A DNA stretch of 64,000 nt from Acidobacteriota bacterium (lineage in GTDB: Bacteria; Acidobacteriota; Terriglobia; Terriglobales; SCQP01), in NCBI GenBank assembly GCA_021818955.1, contig JAKASR010000004.1:100365-164364 (forward strand), read 5' to 3'. Both the position numbers and the translations under genes were made by a program. Below the pieces are notes generated by a model. The model did not search any database. It worked only from the letters and a program-made list of their open reading frames with translations, and was not told where the DNA came from. How positions within the stretch are numbered: position 1 is the stretch's first letter; every line of letters starts with the position of its first letter. Of this stretch, positions 55,501 to 63,510 are shown piece after piece.

Positions 55501-55811
55501 GCGTCGGTGGTTTTCCAGACTCCGCCGTCCACCGCGCCAAAATAATAGAGCGCGGGATGGCCGGGCACGCCCACCGCGGCCAGTGAACGTCCGCCGCGAA
55601 ACGGTCCGATTAAACGCCAGTGCAGGCTGGAGAATAGGCGCGGAGGTATGCCGGCGTCCATGCCGCCGGCTGCCGGCCCCTGCTGCCTGGCCTTGCCTCG
55701 CATGCCGCCTGGGGGAGCCGCTATTAACCAGGAAAGGCACAGGAAAGGTAAAAGCAGGCGCAAACATCCCAAGCTGGAGCGGGAGCGAAGCGACACGATG
55801 ATGGCCTCCAT
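52581..55811 (-). CDS. BNR/Asp-box repeat (sortilin/VPS10- or GH74-like double propeller) exported protein
   Basis: Signal peptide. More than ten Asp-box motifs (TTDAGNTWQP, SSDGGKTWRH, SRDGGRSWRK, SRDGGRTWQR, SLNGGRTWSS, TDDGGNSWRR, TRDNGKTWHN, TRDGGRSWQK, SFDAGDHWQS). About 300 aa of unassigned C-terminus. Confidence 0.75.
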   Translation of the reverse strand: MEAIIVSLRSRSSLGCLRLLLPFLCLSWLIAAPPGGMRGKARQQGPAAGGMDAGIPPRLFSSLHWRLIGPFRGGRSLAAVGVPGHPALYYFGAVDGGVWKTTDAGNTWQPIFNEPIASIGALAIAPSNPKVIYVGTGEADMRSDISYGDGVWKSSDGGKTWRHEGLTDTRHIGAILISPRDANHVYVAALGHAYGPNAERGVFESRDGGRSWRKILYKNPNTGAIALAFEPGNPRTLYAALWQTRRPPWNVYPPSSGPGSGLYRSRDGGRTWQRLTQGLPRAGLGRIGIAVAPSNPRRVYALVDARRGGLYRSDDGGDSFHLVDNEPRIWGRGWYFGGVTVDPLNANVVYIANTSTYRSVNGGQSFVAIKGAPGGDDYHSVWIAPHHPRRIILASDQGVVISLNGGRTWSSWYNQPTAQIYHLTADNRFPYWLYGAQQDSGAMAVASGSIYGKISDLAWHPIAAGGESGMVTPDPRNPEILFGGGVTRYNQRTGESASVSPLVGRPHTFRHDWTLPLVFSPANPAELYFANQYLFLTDDGGNSWRRISPDLTRRNPGVPATLDPVTARDGWGGARKGVIYCIAPSPLNAATVWVGTDDGNIQFTRDNGKTWHNVTPAGLSGWSKVAEIAASHFSVQAAYAAVDRHRLDDFAPYLYRTRDGGRSWQKITSGIPQGAYVNAITEDPRRPGLLYAGTELGVYVSFDAGDHWQSLQLNLPVSSVRELVVRDNDLIAATHGRSVWVMDDMTPLRHLSAALASAPAHLFPPEVAWRVRPGNEKGTPLPPETPAGQAAPTGAIFDYYLARPARAPVTLSVRDASGRLVRRYSSSEHHPAVNPRKLDIPMYWIHPAPVLSAAAGMHRWIWDLHYAAPALHGRRAMFAAFFGGGPWAVPGRYTVTLTMNGKKYRRPFQLKMDPRVHVTQRALERQLHLALEVQLASARAGRIFHEASALERRLTKQEKFAQASTATAGGVRRLATRLQTLLGPTPVRLGPDYSGEGGPSSDTSSLRYVQGLLQQISYGVNSADRAPTAQLIWAWRRAQALLASNERNWQAIEKLATPAPSAARRAGQNMPQTARH

Positions 55812-55927
55812 CGGAAAATCTCGCGACGTATCGTCTAGCTTAATGCAGCCCTGCCCCGGAAAACAAAGCGGAAGCCGGAATGTTTTGCTGAAAACCGCGT
55901 TATTTTAACGAGGTCCGTCCGCGAAAA

Positions 55928-57640
55928 CTACTTTGTAGCGCGCGCGGGCAATTGCCGCAGCCAGGCCGGCCGCGGCGGCCGGAGTAGCGGCAGCGGCTGG
56001 GCTACTTTTTGAAAAAGCATCAGGTGAATGCCGTTAAAGATGCGCTGTTGCATCAGGGGAAACCGGGGTAACGGCTGATTGTGAAAATACAGCACTCGCT
56101 GCGGCAAGCGTAGCGCCCAGCCCGGGGCTTTGTAATTCAAGTCCAGCAGCATCCACACCCGCGCCCCCACCGGCAGGCGATGCAGCCGTTCGAGCGCCAG
56201 CTCTTTCGCCCGGCCATGGACGCCGCGCGCGCGCAGCAACTGCGCCGGGTCGGCGCTTTCCGGATAGATCATGCCCGCCGCTAGCGCTTCGCGGTGATCG
56301 CGATAAAGATAATAATCCAGTACGATAGCGCCGCCATCCTGATACGCCAGGATACGGTCGCCCGGGCGATAGTGCCGCAAAAAATACCCCGTCGCCTGGC
56401 GCCAGGGTGGTATCCGGTGCTGGTAATAGGAAAAATCCGCCGCCGCCTGCATTCCCAGAAGCAGCGCCAGCACGTAGGGCAATGCCCGCCGCGGGCGTAT
56501 GGCTTCCAGCCCGCGCGCCGCCAGCAGCGCCCAGGGGATCAGGCAAGGCAGCAGATAACGGTTCACGAACATCGGCTGCCATAAATACGAACCCAGAAAG
56601 GTCAATGCGATCGGCAGCCATAGCCAGAGCGCCAGCAAACCGGTTAACGCGCGGGCATGGGGTGGCAATTTCGCCGGCGAGTTTTCAGCGCCGGCATCGG
56701 CGGCGGCCTCCGGCTGATGCCGCAGGCCCATCGTCATGCCGAAAATGACCAGCCCTAGCCAGAGCCACCATAATGGCCAGAGCACGCTCGCGGTGTGCGC
56801 TCCCTCGCCCGCCAGGGCTTGCAAGAAGCCTGTGATTTGGCCAAAAAATGGCGCCGGGACCCAGGAAATCTGTCCGCGATTGTGGAATAAGACAAATGCG
56901 ATCAATGGTGAAACCAGCAGCAGAATGCTGCCTACGCTGATCCAGAGCGGCTTCCAGGCGGTCTTGGGCGGACGCTTCAGCGCCAGCCAGATCCACTGGC
57001 TGAGCAGAAATAAACCGGCAAAAAAATGGGCATAAACGGCGGCGATGCTCAAAACGCAATAAACCGCCCAGCGCCGCCTGCGTTGCTTGGCTGGCGCCTC
57101 CAGGGCGCGCAAAAGCTGGAACGCCGCCGCGGTCAGCAGCAGCAGATAAAGGCTGTAGGAGCGCGCATCCTGGGCGTATCGCAGCGCCAGCATATTCGGC
57201 GCCAGCAGCAAACCGGCCAACAGTCCGGCGCGCGCGCTATACAGGCGCCGGCCCAGCGCGAACAGCAGCGGAAATTCAGCCAGCCCGATCAGCACCGACA
57301 GCAGCCGTATGGCCGCTTCCTGGCGCGCCCAATTCGGCGCTATCGCCCTCAACGCCGTCATCCAGCCGCGTAGCAGCAGGTAATACAGCGACATGTTGGC
57401 TTCGCGGTGCGCGAGCACGGCGAAAAAATCGCGCCAGTGCATCCGGACAATCAGCACGCTGGCGCATTCGTCGAAGATCAGATTTTGCCAGTTCAGTCCC
57501 AATAATCGCAGCGCCGCCGCCAGCAATAGAATGCCGGCCAGCGCTCGGCATTCAGGCTTGCCGGCCCAGCCGCATTGTTTCCGCCGCGGGGTCCCATTCG
57601 TCGCCGTCGGCGCGGCCCGGCTGGGAAGATCGATCTGCAT
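55928..57640 (-). CDS. glycosyltransferase family 39 (ArnT/PMT-like) membrane protein
   Basis: Polytopic membrane protein. N-terminal LRLLGLNWQNLIFDECAS resembles the GT39 first-loop D-E motif region. More than 10 hydrophobic helices. Confidence 0.65.
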   Translation of the reverse strand: MQIDLPSRAAPTATNGTPRRKQCGWAGKPECRALAGILLLAAALRLLGLNWQNLIFDECASVLIVRMHWRDFFAVLAHREANMSLYYLLLRGWMTALRAIAPNWARQEAAIRLLSVLIGLAEFPLLFALGRRLYSARAGLLAGLLLAPNMLALRYAQDARSYSLYLLLLTAAAFQLLRALEAPAKQRRRRWAVYCVLSIAAVYAHFFAGLFLLSQWIWLALKRPPKTAWKPLWISVGSILLLVSPLIAFVLFHNRGQISWVPAPFFGQITGFLQALAGEGAHTASVLWPLWWLWLGLVIFGMTMGLRHQPEAAADAGAENSPAKLPPHARALTGLLALWLWLPIALTFLGSYLWQPMFVNRYLLPCLIPWALLAARGLEAIRPRRALPYVLALLLGMQAAADFSYYQHRIPPWRQATGYFLRHYRPGDRILAYQDGGAIVLDYYLYRDHREALAAGMIYPESADPAQLLRARGVHGRAKELALERLHRLPVGARVWMLLDLNYKAPGWALRLPQRVLYFHNQPLPRFPLMQQRIFNGIHLMLFQKVAQPLPLLRPPRPAWLRQLPARATK

Positions 57641-57856
57641 AATGGCGTGTTTGTGGGCTGCTCCAGCTTTATTTCTCAGTTGGAATTGTTAAGCCCCTCT
57701 GCGCTTTCTGGTTCGCACAACGGCTTGCCCTAAATTATGGGCTAGCCGTCCGCTTTGCCGCCCGGTTCCGCATCGGGCCCAAAATCTTGTGACCGCAATT
57801 CACGGCCCAATCGCTTCGCGGTAAAACTCGAAAGCAATGTTGTCTTCCTGGCCTTG

Positions 57857-57889
57857 GAAAATAAAAAGGGGAGCTTTCGCCCCCCTTTG
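57857..57889 (-). terminator. rho-independent terminator downstream of the pilin gene
   Basis: The minus strand reads AAAGGGGGGCGAAAGCTCCCCTTT followed by TTATTTTCC. Lies about 25 nt after the pilin stop. Confidence 0.75.
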
Positions 57890-57914
57890 ACCTCGGGCAG
57901 TAAAAAAACTGAAA

Positions 57915-58412
57915 TTAGCCGATGAGCGAACTGGTAGCAGTCGCGGCAGCGCCGTCGGCATAGCGGATTTCGCTGGTCTGATCGGTGAAGAAATCCCGCG
58001 TTGCGGTGTTGCCTTGCGGCGTGCCGGTCATGGTGTAAACCGTGAACGGTGCGGCTGTATTCATCGACGTGTCATAGGCGAAAATATAGCCCTGTTTCGC
58101 GGTGGTTCCTGAATTCGCCAGCGATTCATCCACCAGGTTGGCTTGGGTCGAGGTCGGCGCCGCGGTAGTTTGGCCCACAGTGCCGCCCAGGTCCGTCAGG
58201 GAGACGCTATAACCCAGGCTCGGGAATTCGCTGGCGTACGCGGTCTCGGCGGTATTGATCGAACGCATGTTCGAAACCGCCGCGGTGGCGTTGGCCAACT
58301 GTTTGACCTGCAACAGCCGCGGGATGGCAATCGCGGCGATGATCAGGATGATGGTCACCACGATCAGCAGCTCAATCAACGAAAAGCCCCGGCTGCGTTT
58401 TCTGGTATTCAT
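57915..58412 (-). CDS. type IV pilin / prepilin-type N-terminal cleavage-methylation domain protein
   Basis: Start moved to ATG 58412 (GGAGGAGGAAGG upstream). MNTRKRSRG|FSLIELLIVVTIILIIAAIAIP is a class III signal peptide with the G|F cleavage site and Glu+5. Confidence 0.85.
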   Translation of the reverse strand: MNTRKRSRGFSLIELLIVVTIILIIAAIAIPRLLQVKQLANATAAVSNMRSINTAETAYASEFPSLGYSVSLTDLGGTVGQTTAAPTSTQANLVDESLANSGTTAKQGYIFAYDTSMNTAAPFTVYTMTGTPQGNTATRDFFTDQTSEIRYADGAAATATSSLIG

Positions 58413-58501
58413 ATCGGAAAATCCTTCCTCCTCCAAAGATTGAACGGTTAGCTGTTCCCGCTGCCGTCCGGGACTGAATCCGGCAAGGCAGCTTGTTAAA
58501 T

Positions 58502-58517
58502 CGCAATCCTGGTGCCA
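58502..58517 (-). promoter_or_regulatory. sigma-54 (-24/-12) promoter upstream of the pilin gene
   Basis: The minus strand reads TGGCACCAGGATTGCG, which matches TGGCAC-N5-TTGC exactly. Lies about 90 nt upstream of the pilin ATG. Confidence 0.6.
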
Positions 58518-58812
58518 AGTGACGGAAATCCGCGGCGGGCGCTCTTTTTATCCGGCTAACCTGTGTCTTTTATTATAGTTGCAATTCTCTCCCCGCATCG
58601 TTTGTTTTTCCATTTTGGCGCCGGAAAGGGTCAGGCTGGACGTTTTTTGTCACTACGGGTTGACGCAAATTGTCATTCTCATCATATGTTTACTGCTTGA
58701 TTACCCCGGCGCGGATTCATCGCGGCTCTCCGCCGTATGCGGCCTAAACTTATGTTTGCGAAAAGCGCCTCGGCCCCGCGGCAGCGCCTCGTTTTCGAAG
58801 GAGACACGGAAC

Positions 58813-59580
58813 ATGCGCATTCGGAATCGCAAAAACCTGGGCCTCTATTGCTTGCCTGGTGTAGCCGCCTTGTGTGTGACCGCAATGACGTCGACGCTTT
58901 GGGCGCAGAGCGCGCCGCCGCCGGTTTCCGCCGACCTGGCGCCCAATGGCCAGGTGATTCCTTCGCGTTCCAGCGCGCCGGCCCCTTTGCCGCGCCCGCG
59001 GCTGCTCAGCCGTCAAAGCGATTCCAGCGTGGTATTGCCGGCGGGGACGCCGATCCCGATCCGCCTGGAAATGCCGCTATCGAGCGGCGATAATCAAGCC
59101 GGCGGCAGCTTTGCCGGCCGGGTGACGCGCGATATTTATCTGAACGGGCATTTGGCCATTCCCGAAGGCAGCATTCTGGAAGGCCGCATCATGCGCGTGC
59201 GCGACCGCTCTCCGCTGACGGGCCGTTCCGAGATGCTGCTCAATCCGGATTTCCTACGCCTTCCCGGCGGGCGTTCCTACACCGTCAGCGCCGGCGTCCT
59301 GCCCGGAAAGCTCGCGCAAGCAGGCGTTTCCGTAGGCCAGGAGGGCGCCATTCATGGCCAGCGCGGCCCGAATCGCCAGGATAAAGATCATGCCGTGATT
59401 GCCGGCACGGGAGGCTTGATCACCGGCGCGCTGTTTGCCGGCGGCGAAGGCGCTTTGATCGGCACCGGCGTCGGCGCGGCCGCGGTGGGCGGCTGGTATC
59501 TGTTCCATGCCCGCCATCTCAAGCTCCCCGCCGGCACCCGCCTGGTGATCCGGCTCGAGCGCGGCCTTGCGCTGCGGTAA
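58813..59580 (+). CDS. hypothetical secreted protein with C-terminal glycine-zipper segment
   Basis: Start moved to ATG 58813 (AAGGAG upstream). Signal peptide LPGVAALCVTAMTSTLWAQS. LPAGTPIPIRLEMPLSS...AIPEGSILEGRI core. Gly-zipper IAGTGGLITGALFAGGEGALIGTGVGAAAVGG. Confidence 0.55.
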   Translation: MRIRNRKNLGLYCLPGVAALCVTAMTSTLWAQSAPPPVSADLAPNGQVIPSRSSAPAPLPRPRLLSRQSDSSVVLPAGTPIPIRLEMPLSSGDNQAGGSFAGRVTRDIYLNGHLAIPEGSILEGRIMRVRDRSPLTGRSEMLLNPDFLRLPGGRSYTVSAGVLPGKLAQAGVSVGQEGAIHGQRGPNRQDKDHAVIAGTGGLITGALFAGGEGALIGTGVGAAAVGGWYLFHARHLKLPAGTRLVIRLERGLALR

Positions 59581-59637
59581 TCCGCGACGCGTTGCGGCAT
59601 GCTCTTGAGCGGGCTTCCTTAATCAGCCTTACCGCAA

Positions 59638-60261
59638 TTAAGATTGCGGCCGGGCGGCCGATTCCATCGCCTGGCCGCGAGGGCTGAATTTGCGCTGGCG
59701 CTTCACGCTTTCGTCAATTTGCTGCCAGAAGCGGCGGAAATACGTGAAGGCGGAGAGCAGCGCGAAAATCACCACCAGCCACAGCGCCACTCTCCCCCAA
59801 AAACGCAGGTTGACACCCAGCAACTGGGGATAGGTGTGAGCCAGAATGATGATCGTAATGGCGATCACCTGGCTGACCAGTTTGGCCTTGCCCAGTTCGT
59901 TGGCGGAAATGGTGAACCCATGCGCCGAAGCGATCGCCCGCAGCCCGGTGACGGCAAATTCCCGGCCGATAATGATTACCACCATCCAGGCCGGCGCCAT
60001 ATCGGGCGCCACTTGCACCAGCGAAATGAACGCGGCGGAAATGAGCAGCTTATCGGCGATGGGATCGAGCAGGATGCCGAGCGTGGTTACCTGCTTGCGG
60101 CGGCGGGCGAAAAAGCCGTCAAACCAATCCGTGATCGCGGCCGCCAGGAAGATGGCGGTGGCGTACAGTTCGTGCCGGGGCAAGCGCGTGCTGAACAGAA
60201 AAGCGATCAGCAGCGGCACCAGGAAAATGCGCAGCAGCGTCAGTGCGTTCGGCAGGTTCAA
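59638..60261 (-). CDS. pgsA: CDP-diacylglycerol--glycerol-3-phosphate 3-phosphatidyltransferase
   Basis: TTG start giving MNLPNALTLLRIFLVP. CDP-alcohol phosphatidyltransferase motif ITDWFDGFFARRRKQVTTLGILLDPIADK. Confidence 0.88.
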   Translation of the reverse strand: MNLPNALTLLRIFLVPLLIAFLFSTRLPRHELYATAIFLAAAITDWFDGFFARRRKQVTTLGILLDPIADKLLISAAFISLVQVAPDMAPAWMVVIIIGREFAVTGLRAIASAHGFTISANELGKAKLVSQVIAITIIILAHTYPQLLGVNLRFWGRVALWLVVIFALLSAFTYFRRFWQQIDESVKRQRKFSPRGQAMESAARPQS

Positions 60262-60456
60262 GCCGGCGGCCTCAAGCCTGGAGGTTTCATGCCTTTTTCC
60301 AGGCTAGCCCTCAGCTTGCAATAAAAGCGGCGCGGGAGCAAGCGCGTGTACGCTCATAAAAGTTGCCTGAGGTAATCCCTACCGCCCGCAAATGAGCCCA
60401 GGCTCCGCCCGGCCGCGGCCGGACATCGTGTCCGGGATTCAGCGCTCCGCAAACCG

Positions 60457-60482
60457 AGGCGGAGGGCTAACGCCCTCCGCCT
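60457..60482 (-). terminator. possible intrinsic terminator after the TPR gene (weak U-tract)
   Basis: Perfect 11-bp stem AGGCGGAGGGC/GCCCTCCGCCT with a 4-nt loop. On the minus strand it is followed only by CGGTTTGCGG, so termination efficiency is doubtful. Confidence 0.3.
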
Positions 60483-60536
60483 GGATAAAAAACCGGACTC
60501 TTTGCAACTTGGAAACGCCGGCGTTCGCCTTCTCGC

Positions 60537-61358
60537 CTACTGCGCCGCGGAAGCTTTCGATTTTGCCAACGCCTCGGCGCGCGTCAACGCGGCCGCCTTG
60601 TTATACCAGTCGTTGGCCTTGTTCGAATATTCCTGGTAGGCCTTCTGGTTGCCGCATTGCAAATCGGCTTTTTCGCGGTAGAGCAGGTTCATGTAATCCA
60701 TGGCGTCGGCGTAGTTCTGGCGCAACTCCATCGCCTTGCGCAGATTTTGCAAGCCGTCGTCCACCTTGGACATATTCGCAGATGCCAGTTGCTTGCAGGC
60801 CTGAATGATCTGTCGCGGCGAGCGCCGCCCGACAAACGGGGCGGCGGCATTGGTGATCCCAAACTTGATGCGGGTGGCAAGTCGCGGCCGATACGACTGG
60901 TTCCAGTCAATCACCGCCAGGGTGTAATACGGCGTCGGATCGTTGGGGTCCCGCTGGATCTGCAATAGGTAGTATTTGCGGGCGTGTTGAAAACGTCCCA
61001 TGCCGTAGTAAATCGAGGCGATGCCGGCGATGGCATTGGCGTTGTTCGGCTGCCGCTGGAGAATGGATTGATACACCCGCAGCGCCTCGCGGCCAAAACG
61101 CAAGTTATCGGGCGATGGATTACCGGGAGTGAACTGGGTCTGGTAAGCCGTGGCCAGATAAAGCCGCGCCGTCAACAGCGAAGGGTCGAGCCGGACGGCG
61201 TTTTTGAAGTGCTCGGCCGCGATATTGAATTGGGCCGATTTATAGGCGCGCACGCCCTTGTTCAACTGGTCCCGCGCCCGAAGCTGGCTGCAGCCGGCGG
61301 CCACCAGGGCTCCGACCGCCAGGACCATAACCATTCCCCAACGTTTCCTGGAAGACAT
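60537..61358 (-). CDS. TPR repeat lipoprotein, terminal gene of the TonB-ExbBD operon
   Basis: Start moved to ATG 61358 (AAGGAG upstream). Lipobox LVAAG|C. TPR helices (AAEHFKNAVRLDPSLLTARLYLATAY, ASIYYGMGRFQHARKYYLLQIQRDPNDP). Confidence 0.7.
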   Translation of the reverse strand: MSSRKRWGMVMVLAVGALVAAGCSQLRARDQLNKGVRAYKSAQFNIAAEHFKNAVRLDPSLLTARLYLATAYQTQFTPGNPSPDNLRFGREALRVYQSILQRQPNNANAIAGIASIYYGMGRFQHARKYYLLQIQRDPNDPTPYYTLAVIDWNQSYRPRLATRIKFGITNAAAPFVGRRSPRQIIQACKQLASANMSKVDDGLQNLRKAMELRQNYADAMDYMNLLYREKADLQCGNQKAYQEYSNKANDWYNKAAALTRAEALAKSKASAAQ

Positions 61359-61633
61359 TCGTGTATTCTCCTTCGCCGCCCGATCCCGCAAAGCGGGGCC
61401 GCTGGCGGTAAGCGGCGGGTGCCGCTTTTTATTTCCAATCCTCTCGCCGCGGGCACAACCGCCCGGGCGCCAGCCTCGCTGGTTGCAGGCCGGTTCCGGT
61501 TGCCGGCTCACCAGCTTACCATCTCAGCCTTGAGTCGCATGCCGGATGAGAGGGCTTTTGCCGGCGATCACGTCCATGCCGCGGCCGGTCCCCGGCTTTA
61601 TCCGGCGGCCGGTTCCGGCGCAGCCGGCGAGCC

Positions 61634-62065
61634 TCAATGCCCGGACATCATCTTCGGCGTCAGCATGCCAACCTTAATCGTGGGGTCCACGCCCTTGGCG
61701 ATGTCGATCGCCCGCGCCACCGCGGCGAACGGGATATCGTTGTTGGCGGTCACGAACATGACTTTTTCGGCGCGCGTCCGGTAGATTCCTTCGAGTTGGC
61801 TACCCAGCGTGTTCCAGGTCACCGACGTCTGGTTGATCTTGAGCTGGTTGCCATCCAGCACCGACACCACGATGGTGGCGGTATTGGTCGGCGTGTTTTT
61901 GCTTTTATGCTTATTCGGCTGCGGCACCAGCGTATGCAAGCCATGCGGTTTGAGCGGCGTGATGACCATGAAAATGATGATCAGCACCAGCAGCACGTCA
62001 ATCAACGGCGTGACGTTGATATCCGAACTGGGCCCGCCCTTGCTGCCTCCAACTGTCATTGCCAT
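61634..62065 (-). CDS. exbD: biopolymer transport protein ExbD/TolR
   Basis: SDINVTPLIDVLLVLIIIFMVITP TM motif and an ExbD periplasmic domain. Confidence 0.85.
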   Translation of the reverse strand: MAMTVGGSKGGPSSDINVTPLIDVLLVLIIIFMVITPLKPHGLHTLVPQPNKHKSKNTPTNTATIVVSVLDGNQLKINQTSVTWNTLGSQLEGIYRTRAEKVMFVTANNDIPFAAVARAIDIAKGVDPTIKVGMLTPKMMSGH

Positions 62066-62098
62066 ATCGAAACTCCTTCGCGCCGGGCGCGGTACGGA

Positions 62099-62539
<441 letters not shown>

Positions 62540-62697
62540 AAATTTCCGACTCCTACACTGAAGCCGGCGCAACCGGCTTCAGCCTTGACGCCTCCCCGCC
62601 GGTCCCATCCCGCTAAGCGGGACGGGACTGGCGGGCTGGAGGACAGGCAACATTCGCGCGCGACCGGCGCCGCCCAGCGGCCACCGGCGCAGCGATA

Positions 62698-63423
62698 CTA
62701 CTTGCGCACCGCGGCCCGGCCGGAGCGCTTCAGGAAGTAATCGATCAGCTCGCTGGAGGAGTTGTCCATCTCGATGTCGAACGCCTCCACCTTGCCGGTG
62801 AAATAGTTGTAAGCCCACACGGCCGGCACGGCGACCAGCAGGCCGAATGCGGTGGTGACCAGCGCTTCGGAAATGCCGCCCGCGACCGCCGCAATACCGG
62901 TGGTGTTCGAGGTGCTGATGCTGGCGAAGGCGTGAATAATGCCCAGCACCGTGCCGAACAGTCCCACGAAGGGGGCGGTGGCGCCGATGGTGGCCAGCGA
63001 GCCCAAGCCGCGCTTCAACTCGGCGTGCTCAATCGCCTCGGCGCGGTCGAGCGCGCGCCGCGAAGCCTCAATTTCATCGCCCGGAATCTCGCTGGAGACT
63101 TCGTGCGCCTGAAACTCCGCCAAGCCGGCCGTCACCACCTTCGCCAGGTGGCTCTTCTTATTGCGCTCGGCAATTTTGATGGCTTCGTCCACCCGCCCGT
63201 TTTTCAGCGCGCCGGCCACCGCGGGAGCGAACTCGCGCGACTGCCGGCGGGCGGCGGAATAAACCAGCCAGCGGTCCACCATCACGCCGATGGAAATCAC
63301 CGACATGATGAAGAGCAACACCACCACCGCCTTGGCCGGGACGCCCATCTGGTTCCACAGCGCGACCGGATCGCCCAAGTTGGCGCTGTTGTTGGCCTGC
63401 AGTAAAAAGTAAATCGCGTACAT
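62698..63423 (-). CDS. exbB: MotA/TolQ/ExbB proton channel family protein
   Basis: Three TM segments. Core LATIGATAPFVGLFGTVLGIIHAF and GISEALVTTAFGLLVAVPAVWAYN. Confidence 0.88.
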   Translation of the reverse strand: MYAIYFLLQANNSANLGDPVALWNQMGVPAKAVVVLLFIMSVISIGVMVDRWLVYSAARRQSREFAPAVAGALKNGRVDEAIKIAERNKKSHLAKVVTAGLAEFQAHEVSSEIPGDEIEASRRALDRAEAIEHAELKRGLGSLATIGATAPFVGLFGTVLGIIHAFASISTSNTTGIAAVAGGISEALVTTAFGLLVAVPAVWAYNYFTGKVEAFDIEMDNSSSELIDYFLKRSGRAAVRK

Positions 63424-63510
63424 ACGTTGCCTATCCTCCTGAAATGACTACCGGATCTGAAATGCCTTTCCGGAGCGCGCGACGCTCCGGAATCGGTTCC
63501 CTCCGGGAGA

